Shown piece after piece: positions 44,201 through 56,900 of a DNA stretch of 64,000 nt. Position numbers and translations under genes: made by a program. Origin of the DNA: an uncultured Verrucomicrobiae bacterium. GTDB taxonomy: Bacteria; Verrucomicrobiota; Verrucomicrobiia; Limisphaerales; JAFGQR01. Numbering within the stretch: position 1 is the first letter of the stretch; the number at the start of each line of letters is the position of its first letter. The stretch covers positions 32,001-96,000 of the forward strand of contig CAWBHS010000022.1 of the NCBI GenBank assembly GCA_963788655.1, given 5' to 3'. Under the pieces are notes generated by a model, which saw only the letters and a list, made by a program, of their open reading frames with translations, ran no database searches and was not told where the DNA came from.

Positions 44201-47200
44201 AATTGGTCCTGCATTTCCCCGTCGAGCCGTTCGGCCACGCGGTTGCCGTTGGCGTCATAGTGGTCTGTGGTCACGTTGGCCATCGCGTCCGTCACCTGCA
44301 ATTGGCGGTTATAGCCGTCGTAAGCATAGTGGGTCACGCGCGGATTATCCTCCAGTCCCTGACTCCGGCGGATGAGATTCCGATTGCCATCGTAATCGTG
44401 TTGCGTGGTGGACTGGAGCCCGCTGCCGGCGCCACGAGTTTCCAGGAACAACAAGTCACGCTCGTCGTATTCCGAACGCACCAGGTTAAACGGGTCATAG
44501 CCCGCGACCGCTTCGCCATAGCGCACAAGCGTGCGATTTCGATTGGCGTCGTAGGCGTATTCGGTGGCCAGGAATTCCGGGCGCAAGCGGAACGGAATTG
44601 CTTCGGAACTCAAGACCGAGGCCGGCAAGTCAGCACTGCCTTTCTCCTTAGTCGCGCGCACCGGGTAATTCAGAATGTCGTAGTCGAAGATCGTCGAAAA
44701 GTGCGTGTTCGGTTGGAGCTGGCCGGTTTCGTCGCGGTTCTCGACATCGACTCGCACAACGTTGTTATTGGCATCGTAGTAAAAGTCGCGCCGATACCGG
44801 ATGCCGCTGCCGGGCGTCACTTCTCGAGATGTCTCGCGGAGCACTTGGTCCAGCGCGTTCACGTCATAGAGCGTGTCGTGGTTGCGCGGGTCCACGGTTC
44901 GCACCACGTTGCCTACCGCGTCGTATTCGTAAGTGGTCGTGAGGGTCAAGCCTCCGGCATCAACGATCTCCTGCGCCCGGTAACCGCGCTGAGGTCCACT
45001 GTCGTAATACACATACTCGTCCCGCCGCCGATGGCCGCTGCCGTTGTCCGGCAGAACGTGCGCGGTCATTTGGCCGAATTGATTGTATTCAAAGTCCTCG
45101 ATAACTGCTGGCAGACGATGTTGCGTGTGCCGGCGATTGCCGCGGTCGTCGTAGAAGTGCAGCGTGACGTGGTTGCGCGCATCGGTGTGCTTGGTGACGA
45201 AGTCCCGGCCACAGCAACTGCCAAAGCCGTCTTCATATTCGAACGTCTCCACCAACTCCGGTTGATCGCCGCCCAGCGGTCCCGGCAGCTTGCGGCAAAT
45301 CCGCAGGTTCCCCCGGAAACGCGGCGGGGCAGCCGGATTCAAATCCCGCTCGTAAGTCGATTCCGTCGAGTTGCCGTTGGGATAGACCACCCGCGTGACC
45401 AGCGAGTCGATGTTCCATTCTTGCCGCGTGTCGTAGAACGCCGGATCGTCCGGGCGCAAGGGATTCTGGGGACGGTTGGTGGTGTCGGTCGTGGGCTGAT
45501 CCGGCACGGCGCGCCCGGTGAATTCGCGGTGCAACACCGGCCGGTTGCCGGCGTCGAAGTAGCATTCGCTGACGTTCCCGACGCGGTCGTTCACGATGGC
45601 TTTGGTGATCGCAAAGCCGTTGGCCGGACTGGGCGTTTGCGCCACGTAATGGAAGTTCAACACCTCGTTGCTGTAACCCCACACCTGGCGAACCACGCGA
45701 CTGCACGCGCCTTCGATTGGCGGTTCGAAAGTATTCTCCAGCCACGTCTGCCCTTTGCCGTCGGTGATCGTTCGCAGCAGGTGGCTCCCGGGGCAGGCAC
45801 AAGCCGGGGTGGTGTAGGCGTAAATGTTGGTTTTGCCACCGGGAAAGTTGTTGCCATTGACCGCATCAATTACTGCCGGGGAAATCGCCGCTTTCAAATC
45901 GCCGAATGAGCCGTTGGTATCGCCGTCCTGGTAATGCTCGTAACGCACTTGGCGGCCGGTGAAATCCGTCACTGCCTCGATGAAACCATCGTTGTCGTAG
46001 CTGACGGCTATATCGCGATCGAGGGTGTCGGTGATGTTGGTGAGCAAGCCGCGGTCGCTGTAAGTGAACGTCAGTGCGTTGCCATTGCGATCGGCGATGC
46101 GCGCAATGCGGCCTTGGGCGGGACCACCATCCAACGGGAGGAATTCCCAAACGCCTTTGTCGGCGAAGGTCAACACGAACTGGCCGTTGGTGCCAAACTG
46201 GCCTTCGCGGAAGAATTGATTGGCCGCAAACGTCCCATCCGACTGGCGATAATAAGTGTCTTGCCGCGTGTTCCCGTCATACAAGTCGAGGTCCGGTCCG
46301 CGCGGCACAATGCAGATGTTATACGAATAGTCCCAGCCGTAGCCCATCGGCGTGACCAGGCACAAACACGACCGGTATTTGCGGGCCCAAACGAAATCGA
46401 GTCCGCGGCCCTTGATGCACAAGTCCGTCGTGGCGTAATGGAGTTCGCCCGAGAACAGATAAACAAACGGCGGCCCGCACGTATCGCGGCAAACCTCGCC
46501 GGTGCCGGGTTGGGCGGGCGGCGGTTCCGGCGGCTCAAAGACGTTGGTGATGTCGCCGGTGATCGGGAAATCAACCAGCCCCACCCGATAAAAGCGGCTG
46601 GTGGCCGGGCCAACCTCATCCTGCACCGTTATATGTTCGCCCGTCCCCGTCACGGTGGTCAACATCGCCCATTCACCGTCCGCCAGCGCATTCTTGAACT
46701 CCACCGCGTAATCGAGTCCACGTTGGGTGTCAAAGACCAACGTGAAATTGGTTTCCGTTCGTGCGAAGCTTTGAATGCTCGGGGCGATACGTCCCAGCAC
46801 CGTGACGTCAAAACTGCACTGCGCGGAATTGCCACTGGGATCCGTGGCGGTGCAAATCACCGGCACCGTGCCTACGCTGAAAATGGTGCCGGACGGCGGC
46901 ACACATTCGATGAAGGCTTCGCCGGAATTGTCTTCCGCCTTGATTGGGTAAAACGCCGCCACCTGCGGTTTGGTGCAGATCAACACCTGGTTGCTGCAAT
47001 GCAACGTCGGCGGATCGACGTCGGTCACTTCGATCCACCGTTTGGCGCGGCCAATGTTCCCCGCAACGTCCTCGCCCATGAAGAAGACTACTGTGCGTCC
47101 CAGCGGGAAGAACGAACCGGATTCCGGCTTGGCGGTGACCATCGGCGCGGGATCGCAGTCATCAACGAACTCAGGCAGGGGGAAGGTGACGATGGCACCG

Positions 47201-50146
47201 GATTGTCCCGGATCGTTGGGCACCACAATGTCCGGTCCGGCGCTGCACGTCTTGTAGCTCAGCCCGAGGTAATCCACCGCCGTGTTGTTGCTGATGAGAA
47301 CGTCGAGGAGAAGATTCCGCGCCAATGCCGGCTGCAAATCCAGAGTGGTGCCATCTGCCAGCGGCAATTGCCCGAGGTCCAGTGTCAGTTCCACATCCGA
47401 ACCCGTCGTCCAAGGCTGCTCCAAAAGACCCGGTCCCAACGCTCCCGAACCAATTGGCCGGCGCCAGGTCGTTAGCGGATTAAACCCGGTGGCGTCCGTG
47501 AAACCGACCGTGATGAGATCGTCTTCAGGTTGGCCTTCATCCGCGCGGAGATGGATGGTCAACGTGGCTTCAGCTACGCATTCCGGCAACTCGATGAACG
47601 AATGCGCAAAGGGCCGGTCCGGGGTGAATTCATCAAACATGCGGCTGCCTTCCAGCACCAATGCCGCCAGCGTCGAACGCGGCTGCGTTGGGGTTGGCGT
47701 CTGAAAATCGTCGTAGCCGCCGGCCTCCGTCAGCACCGGCGGACCGGCACAGGATGGCAGGTGCGGCCGCGAGGTGTCGGTCACGATGATGGTTGTGTGG
47801 CCGGTGCTGGTATTGCCCGCGCCGTCGGTCACGAGAAACGTCAGCTCCGTCGCGCCCGTATTGATGATCGTTCCCGTTGGAGGATTCTGTTGCACGTTCA
47901 CAGTGCCACATACGTCCTCCGCAATCACACTACCAGTCAGATCAGGAACCGCAGCCTGGCAGTTTTCATTTGCCGGCAGCACTTGCGTGGGCGGGACTTC
48001 GATAATGACTGGCGGAGTTGTATCGGCAACGGTTATCGGGATTGTGACGGTATTGGTGTTATTCGCACCGTCGTGCGCGATGATGGTTACCAAAGTATCG
48101 CCAAGAGGCAGCAGCGTTCCGGCGACAGGATCTTGAGCCAGACTCACCGTGCCGCACGCGTCACCGACCTCCACATCCGCCAACAAATTGGGAGCTGCGG
48201 CCGTACAATCCGCATTTGCAGGAATGGTCATCGGCGGTGGCACACTGGTGAAAGTCGGCGGGGAGACATCTTCCACTGTCAAAGATACGGTAGCGGTGTT
48301 GGTGTTGCTGGCGCCATCGGAAGCGGAGATACTCACCACAGTCAGGCCCAAGCCCACGCGCGTTCCGGCTGCGGGAACTTGCCGCAAGGTCACCGTGCCG
48401 CACGCGTCGGTGGCCACGACATCGGCGAGCAAATTCGGCACTGCGGCGCCGCAGGCTTCGTCGGCTTCCAACGTTTGGTCGGACGGCACGCTCAGCAACA
48501 CCGGCGGGACCGAGTCAACCACCGACAGCACGACCGTCTCCGTGTTAGTGTTGCCAGCACCGTCATCAGCCGCGATAGATACGAGCGTGTCGCCTATGCT
48601 TAGGACTGTCCCGGCTTCCGGTGTTTGTCGCAGGGTAGCGGGGCCGCACGCATCCGTGGCCACGACGTCGGACAACAGGTTCGGCACCGTGGTACCGCAC
48701 GCTTCATCGGCTTCGAGAGTCTGATCTGCAGGCACGTTCGTCAGCGTCGGTGGGGTTACGTCATTCACCGTCACCACGACCGTTACTGTGTTAGTATTGC
48801 CCGCACCATCGTCCGCGGCAATGGACACCAGAATGTCGCCCAAGCCTACCGCCGTTCCCGGCCCAGGATTTTGCGTCAACGACACCGGAGCACACGCATC
48901 GTTCGCTCCTACTTCGGCCAGCAAATTCGGCACGCTGGCGGCACAAGTGTCGTCCGCGACTAGCACACGATCCGGAGGCACCACGGTAAAAGTCGGCGCT
49001 TCCTGGTCTTCCACGGTCACGACTTGCGTGCAGGCAGCGGTTTCGCCACTCTGATCCATTGCCTGCCAAGTCACCAACGTGTCGCCCAGCGGAAACACTG
49101 GCGGCGCATCGTTGGCCACCTCCACCGGACCGCACTCGTCGGTGGCCGTCGGCAGCCCCAGGTCCACCTCCACGGCCGCGCAGCCGCCCGGGTCCGCTGC
49201 CACCGTGAAACTGGCCGGACAGGTGATAACCGGGGGAACATTTTCCACGAAGAGCTGTGCTTCCTCACTCATCATGACCCCAACGGCGTTGGTTACCAAC
49301 ACAGAATACCCGCCGCTTTGAGTGAATTGGACGTCGGTGAGGGTCAACACGGCGTTCGTGGCATCGGGTAGTTCGAAGCCATTAAATAACCACTGGTAAC
49401 TCAACGGCTCACTGCCGGTGGCTTCAACCTGAAAGCTGGTATCGGTGCAGTTAACCGCCGTGTGCGTCGCCGGCGGCGTCACAATGAAGGGTGGTTCGCC
49501 GCCAGGTGAAGAAAACATCAGCGGCTCGCCCACTTGCGCCATGGGCGGTTCGGGCAACCACAATCCATCACTGAAGGTATAAGTTCGCCACCCACTGAAA
49601 TCGCCCGGATCCGGTTGCGCATCCGTGTCGTATTGGTACACCGTGACGCCTTCCACCGGCGGCGTGCCGACGATGGTTTCGTAAGTGCCGACATCGTTGG
49701 TTTGGCGGCTGAGAAATGCAAATTGTCCGGTCGGCAGCTCCACTGGCAACGCTGGCTGGTGGGGTTGGCCCGACAGAACCAGCGTGAACGGAAAGTCACT
49801 GTGGAAGAAAGCGCCTTCACCTGGATTCAACGTGAGGTTGGGCGACCAACCGGTGAACTCGTAAAACGCCTGCACGTATTCCTGGGTGGCCGGGTTCCAT
49901 TTCAAGAGAGATGATCCGGGCGGCACCTCGATCATGATTTCGTTCAGCGTATTCCCGCCATTGTCCAATTGATTGGCAATGGGGGTGAATCCGGGAAGGA
50001 TTTGCACCGGGTATTCCTGGAAACCAATGTCAGACGCGCGGACGGTGGTGGAGAATAGTAAGGCGCAAAACAATCCGATCGCCAGATGATGTAGCGCAGA
50101 GTTCCACTCTGCTGTTTCGCAGATTTTTCAAAAGCTCAATGCGCAT
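41292..50146 (-). CDS. Very large HYR/Ig/RHS (YD-repeat) protein, about 2950 aa, with probable indels near 50090 and 43086
   Basis: Ig domain (PLSYQWLFNG), tandem HYR-like repeats, DUF6531-like VYLFSGELHYATTDL...ARKYRS...GYGW, many YD repeats and an RHS core (NPYLFAGQRYDRATGW...RFLDPLAGRY). Removing one base at ~43086 joins ORFs 42970..50073 and 41292..42869. ATG 50146 has a GGAGG RBS. Confidence 0.88.
50091..50126 (+). repeat. GTAG REP-like element (gcaga-N7-tctgc family) in the 5' end of the RHS gene
   Basis: gtagcgcagagttccactctgctgtttcgcagattt, homologous to the copy at 51364-51408. Confidence 0.6.
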
Positions 50147-50951
50147 TGGCCCCTCCCGTTTGCTTGGTGGCTCGCACACGATAGAAACGTTGCGAGAGGC
50201 TGCCAGTAATCGAAATGCTCCCCGAATTGTGCGGCCCGCCGGGCAAGGCCTGCCACGTCGAGCCCGGACTCAAGTCATCGCGATACTCGACCGTATGATC
50301 GTAACCCGGACAGGGCGTAAAGCTCAGGATCAATTGCGGCAGCGGCCCGTTGCTGCCCGGATCTGGCATGATGGATAATTCGAGTTCGCACGGGACCGCG
50401 ATCACTTCCAGGTCAATGTCCGCCAAATTGTAATCGCCACCGACGAATTCCTCACCGCCACCGGTCGGCGCCACCAGGAAATCCGTCAACTCCGGCCCGC
50501 CGCTGCCTTCGCGGACGCTGAACCGCGTTTGGCCCTCGGCTAAACCCGTCACCGGAATCCGTAGCAACTCGACTGGTGCATCGCGCCCGGCAGCCGGCAG
50601 GTCCATGAAGGTGTCGTAAATACCGCGCCGGTTTGCGCCGTCGTTGAAACCGGTGGATGACACGGGTGGATCATCGTTGTCGGAAGCCGGCTTCAGCAAG
50701 GATGCATAGTCTGCCTGGGCCACCGCGCCGTTCGTGTTCAACACATCGACATACCAGGAAAAGATCCGGTCCGTCTCCGGGCGCAGGCTCGGCACGATTT
50801 GCGCATAAACGCGCAGCATCGTGTTCTCGCCAACAGCAATGGAGTTCGTGTCCAACCGCATGGTAACCGCAACCGCTTGCCCCAGGCTGCTCGCCACCAC
50901 GCCCAGCAGCGAAGCCAAAACCAGGGCGGGAATGACCAGGTGCTTCTTCAT
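50136..50951 (-). CDS. Secreted cohesin-like protein with a C-terminal W...RFYRV domain
   Basis: Signal peptide, a cohesin-like pattern (IAVGENTMLRVYA...IFSWYVDV...LLRIPVTGLAEGQTRFSV) and C-terminal HTVEYRDDLSPGSTWQAL...QRFYRVRA. GGAGG RBS. The ORF is solid but the cohesin call is tentative. Confidence 0.6.
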   Translation of the reverse strand: MKKHLVIPALVLASLLGVVASSLGQAVAVTMRLDTNSIAVGENTMLRVYAQIVPSLRPETDRIFSWYVDVLNTNGAVAQADYASLLKPASDNDDPPVSSTGFNDGANRRGIYDTFMDLPAAGRDAPVELLRIPVTGLAEGQTRFSVREGSGGPELTDFLVAPTGGGEEFVGGDYNLADIDLEVIAVPCELELSIMPDPGSNGPLPQLILSFTPCPGYDHTVEYRDDLSPGSTWQALPGGPHNSGSISITGSLSQRFYRVRATKQTGGANAH

Positions 50952-53900
50952 GGTGCCAGCCTCCCATCCAAGTGATCACGCTGGCCGTTGAACGCTAAAG
51001 CTGCAGCCCCATGCGCAACTCGTCGCCATTCGAGCTTCCTGCCGAAATTCCAATCCAGTTCGCGGCTGCTATTTAGGAGATGCAGTTTCAAATCCGACCC
51101 CAATTCTAATCCCCAATTCCCTGTAGCAGCGGACGTGAGTCCGCTCACTATTTCATCGAAAGAATTCAGAGCGGACTCACGTCCGCTGCTACGAAGATCA
51201 GTGACTGCCGTTTTCGGATTCGCGTCGTGCAGCGTCGTCACCACTCGCCTTGCCTCAAGCTGATTAACGCTGGTTTGAACCATGGAATATTGGGTTAGGT
51301 CCGTCACCTGGGTAACATTCTTTTGGATAGATTCGGAAGCGATTGTGTCATTCCGAACGCGTTGCAGATTAGAAATCTGCGTTACGGCAGATTGGAAATC
51401 TGCGCTACCGTTAGCGGGTTGTGAATCGCCGGTGGATACCAAGTCTGGTGTGACCAAAGGCGACGCGGCGGTTTCGATTGTTGCCAAAGGCCCCTCGGCC
51501 ACAATGACCGGCGCGGGCAATGTCGCCAGATAATTTCCCTTCACCACGTCCACGTCGGCGCTGGTCACCTGGCCGTCTCCGGTCAGATCCTCGTTCAAGT
51601 TTCGTTGCGCGGCGGGCTTGAGCAGGTTTTGCCATATCAAGTAAAGATCCCGATCGTTGACCACGCGGTCGCCATTGGTATCGCCGGTCAGTACGTAAAA
51701 CTCAAAGTTAAAGTCCGCGACCAAGGGCAATCCCGAAGCATCGGTGACGTCGGCCTTCGTCACGGTTAATTGGTAGTTGCCGTCCGGCAAACGCGCCCCG
51801 GTCAAGCCGGGGAACGTGACCATCGCCCGATTGGTCAACGCGTCGTAACTCACCGCCATGTCCGCCGGCGCAATTACCGAACTGGTGGTCAGATTCATCA
51901 GCACCAAATCGGACGCCGTCAAACTGGCCGAAACGTTCTCACTGAATTGCAGCGTCAAACTGCTCACCCGCGACCGTTGCGGCGAGCCGTCGTTGACCGT
52001 TGCTGAAATCAATTCCGGCGGCCCGTTCACGGCGAAGGTCAGCACAAACTCGCCGCCCGCGGAACCGTTACCGTCGCCGTCGAGCGCATTGCCGGCCAGG
52101 TCATACAGGCTGTTCGTCGGCGCACTCTTGACCACGAGCCGATACAACCCCTGCGACAACGGCGCGACAAACCCAATCCGCAGCGTCGTCGAACCGGGCG
52201 TGTAATCCAGGCTGGCGATGAAAGTGTCGCGGTCGATGCCCGCACCGAAGCTGCCATCGGGGCCGGCTTCGACCAGTTCGAACAAACTGCGGCTGCGGGC
52301 GCTGATTGGATTGAGCGCTTCATTGAAGTGGAGGACGATTTCGTTCAATGGCGCCATGACCGGGCTGCCGATTTGGATGTCTTGCGGAGCCGTCGTGGTC
52401 ACGCTGGGCGGTGTTACGTCAAGACTGCTGCCGCGGAACTCGAACGCGCCCAGATCCCAGAACGGTGACACGCCCAGATTGGCCGTGCCGGGATCATCCA
52501 CCGCAGGATACCCTTCCAAATCCGCCACCGCACCGGCCACGGCATCTCCGCGATCGATTGCCGGCGAATTGCGCCGCAGATACGGATTGTCATCCAGTCC
52601 GCCGTCGTAACCGCCATTCTCCGCGCGGTAGCCCAGCGTGTTGTCCGCGCCGTCGAGGTCAACGAACAACGGATCGCCCGCCACGCTGTGCGTTTCCTTA
52701 CCGGTAGCCGCCTGCCAGTCACTGAGCGAGTCGCGAACCTGTCCACCCCAAAAGCCCACGTGCGCGTTTGGATCGGCACCCTGGTTCAACAAATTGTAGT
52801 CGCTGTCGAAGCCGGCCTGCGCATTCGGCGCCACGTAGAGGTCGTATCCCGATTCGGCCCACAGAATGTTATTGCGCAACGTAACGTTGAACGATGGTCC
52901 TTCAAGCCAGATGGCGTCGCCCACCAGTTGATAAATCGTGTTGTTGTCAATCAACGCCCCGATCCCGCGCAGCAGGATGCCCTGGTTATGATTGGCGTAA
53001 ATGGCGTTGAAAGCGATGCGCCCGGTGAAGGAGAAGTCGCCCAGCACGCCGATCGAGTTGCTGTAAATCCAGTTGGCCTCGATCACGCTGTTGCTGGTCG
53101 CGCGAATGCCGGCTTGGGCATTGTTATAGACACGATTGCCTTTAATCGTCGCCCCCGCCGGCGCGTAGATGCCTTGGTCATTGCTGTGGACGACGTTGTC
53201 CAGCACTTCCGACTCCGGCCCGAACGCATAGATGCCCGTCCCGCCCAGTTCATCCTGTTCATAAACGGTGTTGCCCTGGATAAGCGCATTGCCAGACGCG
53301 CGGATGCCGGCACTGACGTTGTTGAAGACGGTGTTTTCCGCAATCGTCACCCGCGACCGCGTGCTGACCGTTTCAATCCCAATGCCGTTGCCATAAACGA
53401 TGTTCGACTGGATCACCGTGTCTTCGCCCAGCGCGATGATGCCGTGCAGCGTATGGCCATAAACGCGGTTGCCTTCAATGAGCGCCCCGGCGCCCGTCAC
53501 ACTGACGGCGGTGTCCGTGTTGTCATAAATCAGGTTCGACTGGATGATGGCATCCGCGCCTTCTACCCGGATGCCATCGCCGTTTTGATAAATCGTATTG
53601 CCGGCAATGGTCACCCGGTCGCTCGCCACCCCCAGTCCTTCCGCGAGATAAATGGCGGCAGCGGTGTTGCCGTAGATCAGGTTGTCGCGCAGTTCAAGAT
53701 CGTCAGCGTCAGCGTTAGGGCCAGCCAACACCGCGTATCGGCCGCCGGTTAGCGTCAATCGTTGCAGGACCACGCCGTCGGCTTCCACCAATTCAATCAC
53801 GGCGCTGCTATCCCGCGTGTCGCCACGGTCCAACACGGCCCCGGCATTGCTCGGACCTTCGATCCGCACACCGCTGTCCTCCGGGCCAATCACCGCGTTG

Positions 53901-56900
53901 GCGATCAATCGATATAGTCCCGTGTCGATTTGCACCACGTCGCCCGCATCCAGATCGTAAACCGCCAGCAACGCGCGCAACGAACTCATGGGCCGGTTGG
54001 GCTGCTTGCCACTGTTCAAATTGTCACCGGTGGCTGAAGTAAATTCGTCGCCGGCCGTTGAAGCATCGTTCACGTAGAAACTCGTTCCGCTGTTCGTAAT
54101 TAAGAACGGCTCGTCAGACACGTCTTTGGGCGACGAGGCCACATTGGCGGTCACGCGGATCAGAGCTGTGTTGGTTTCGGTCACTGGTCCGGCCGTCCAG
54201 GCGAAGCTGGCGCGACCGTCATTGCCCAGAGCCAGCGAGGTTGCCAACGTCGTCCATGATCCGCCGTTGTTCGTGCTCAACTCGAGCGTCACGGTCGTGC
54301 CGGTCGCCAAACCATCCGAGCGCACCTCAATGGTGACGCTTTGGCCCTGCTCGAATTTCTCCAGGCCGTTTGGCGAAAGCACCTGGACAATTTGCGCGGC
54401 GCTCTTCGTAGCGGAACCCGTATTGCCAAACGCGCCCAGGTTCACGCGGCCGCCGTTAGGCGTCGGCTCCTGCGAAGCGTCACTGGCCAAATCGCCCGCA
54501 TCGACAGCCGGCGAAGTGCTTTGCAAATGGAAATTGTCGTCCACTCCATGATCGGCGCCACTGGCGTAACCCAGCAAATTGTCGGCGCCATCCGGATCAA
54601 CGGAGTAGCGGGTCGCGCGTCTGGCTGTGACCGTCGAAGCCCAATTCGTAGAACCAATCCACCCGGCGCGATGAACTCGAAGCTGCCCCACAGTGCCAGT
54701 TTGCCCGCGCCCGTTGTGAACAGCAGGCTGTAATCGCTGTCGAAACCAACCTGGCTGTCATCGGCTATGGACATCGCGTAGCCGCCGCTCACCCAAAGAA
54801 TATTGTTCCGCAACTGTACATCCCGCGAGTTGCCGGTCAATTGGACGGCGTCGCCGGCAAGTTGATAGACGGTGTTGTTCGTGACGGACACGTCGGTCGC
54901 CGCCGTCAGCACGATGCCTTCGACTGAGTTCGCATACACCAGATTATTCGCCAGCGACCCGGTGAACACGGTTACTGCGAGACCGACTCCATTGCTGTAA
55001 ATCGTGTTGCCCAATACGTCCCCGCTGCCCTCGGCGCGAATACCCGTGTCGGTGTTGTGGTAAACCCGATTACCCGTAACGGTCGTTCCATCCGAAGCGG
55101 CGATGCCGTCCTGGTTGTCATATACGGTATTCTGCGAAACCGTGCCGCCCACGGTCTCTATGCCGACGCCCTGAATATGGCCGTAAACCTCATTGCCGAT
55201 AACCTCCACGTTACCGGTCGCACGGATGCCGGACCACACGTTGTCGTACACTTGGTTGGCCGACAGACTTAGCAACACCGCACCGCCCGACGCCAGGATG
55301 CCCACGGCGTTATGATGAACTTCGTTGAGATTCACCAAGCCCGAAACATCAGCCAATTGCATTCCCTCCCGCGCGTGGTCGCGGACCGTGTTGCCGTTTA
55401 CCGTCACATCCTGGCTATAACGCAAATCGAGTCCCACCAACTGGCCCGTTGGCATACCGTCGCCGTAAATCTGGTTGCGCAAAATCTGCAACCGGTCGCT
55501 GCTCACTTGCGCATTGCCGCCGAAATAGATGCCGGCCTCGGTGCTGCCGTAGATGACGTTGTCGCTCAACTCCACGTCGTCGCTGTCCGAAGATTCGCCC
55601 GCCCATACCCCATACCGGCCACCAGTCAGATTCAGTCGCTGCACCGTTACGTTGTCCGCATCCACCAATTCAATCACCGCGGCGCCTGGTCCCGTACTTT
55701 GCCGGTCCAGCACAGCCGGATGGTTCATCGGTCCTTCAATGCGAACACCACTATCCTGCGCGGTAATGTTTACATTGGCGGCCAACGCATATTGCCCGAC
55801 ATCCACCTGAACCAGATCACCGGTGTCCAAATCGTAGGCCAGCAGCAAGGCCCGCAGCGATGCCATGGGATGGTCGGTTTGTTTGCCGCTGTTGGCATTG
55901 TTGCCCGTGGCGGTGGTGAACTCATCATTGAGCGTGCTGCTGTCGTTGACGTAGAAGTTCGAACCGCTGTTGGTCACCAAAAAGGCGTCGCTCAACACGT
56001 CCTGCGGTAATCCCGGCACATTGGCGGTTGCCCGAATGAGGAAGCTATTGGCCTCCGTCACGGGACCGGCGAACCACGTGAACGTCGCTTGTCCCAATGG
56101 ATCCAGCGCCAAAGTCGAGGTGAGCGTCGTCCAGTTCATCCCGTTATTTGAGGAGACTTCCAACGACAATGTATCGCTGCCGGCCAGTCCATACGTCCGC
56201 ACGAGAACGGTCACCATTTCGCCGGCCTCGAACTTTTCCAATCCGGTCGGCGTCAACACCTGCACATATTGCATCGGGCTCGTCGTGGCGGAGGTCGTAT
56301 TGCCGTAAGCGCCCAAGTTAACTCGCCCACCGTTGCGCATTGGTTCGTTCGAAAAATCGTTGGCCAAGTCGCCCGCATCCACGGCCGGCGAACTACTTTG
56401 CACGTGGAAGTCATCATCCATTCCACGATCCATGCCGCCGTTGAAACCCAGCAGGCCATCGGCGCCGGCAGGATTTACGAACAACGGGTTCGCTGTGAGG
56501 CTGTGCCGGTCAAAGCCCAGCTCGTAGAACCACGCCGCCCGCTGCGCAAATACCAGATTGCCCCATTGCGCCAAGCGGCCTGGGAAGGACGTGAAGAACA
56601 GATTGTAGTCGCTGTCGAATCCTGTCTGACTGTCGGCGGTCACGGAAAGCGCGAATCCGCTGCCCGCCCACAGGATGTTGTTCCGCAACTGCACATTCTC
56701 GGAACCGTCCAACACGCGCACCGCATCGCCGCTGGTTTGATAGATCGTATTGGAAAGCAGGGTTGCGCCGCGGACGTCGGCCAATTCAATGGCCGCGCTG
56801 CTGTTGTCATACACAATGTTGTGCGTCAGTTGGCCGCTGAACAACGTGTCGGCCCTAATGCCGGTGGTGTTGCTATAGACAAAGTTGCCGTTGACCTGCG

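Noticed and set aside
41292..50146. T6SS effector or diversity-generating retroelement target
   Set aside because: No PAAR, VgrG or T6SS genes, no reverse transcriptase and no template/variable repeat pair were recognised in the window.
51293..51317. Possible IS481-like terminus (minus strand tgttacccaggtgacggaccta)
   Set aside because: A single short resemblance from memory, with no partner end and no transposase.
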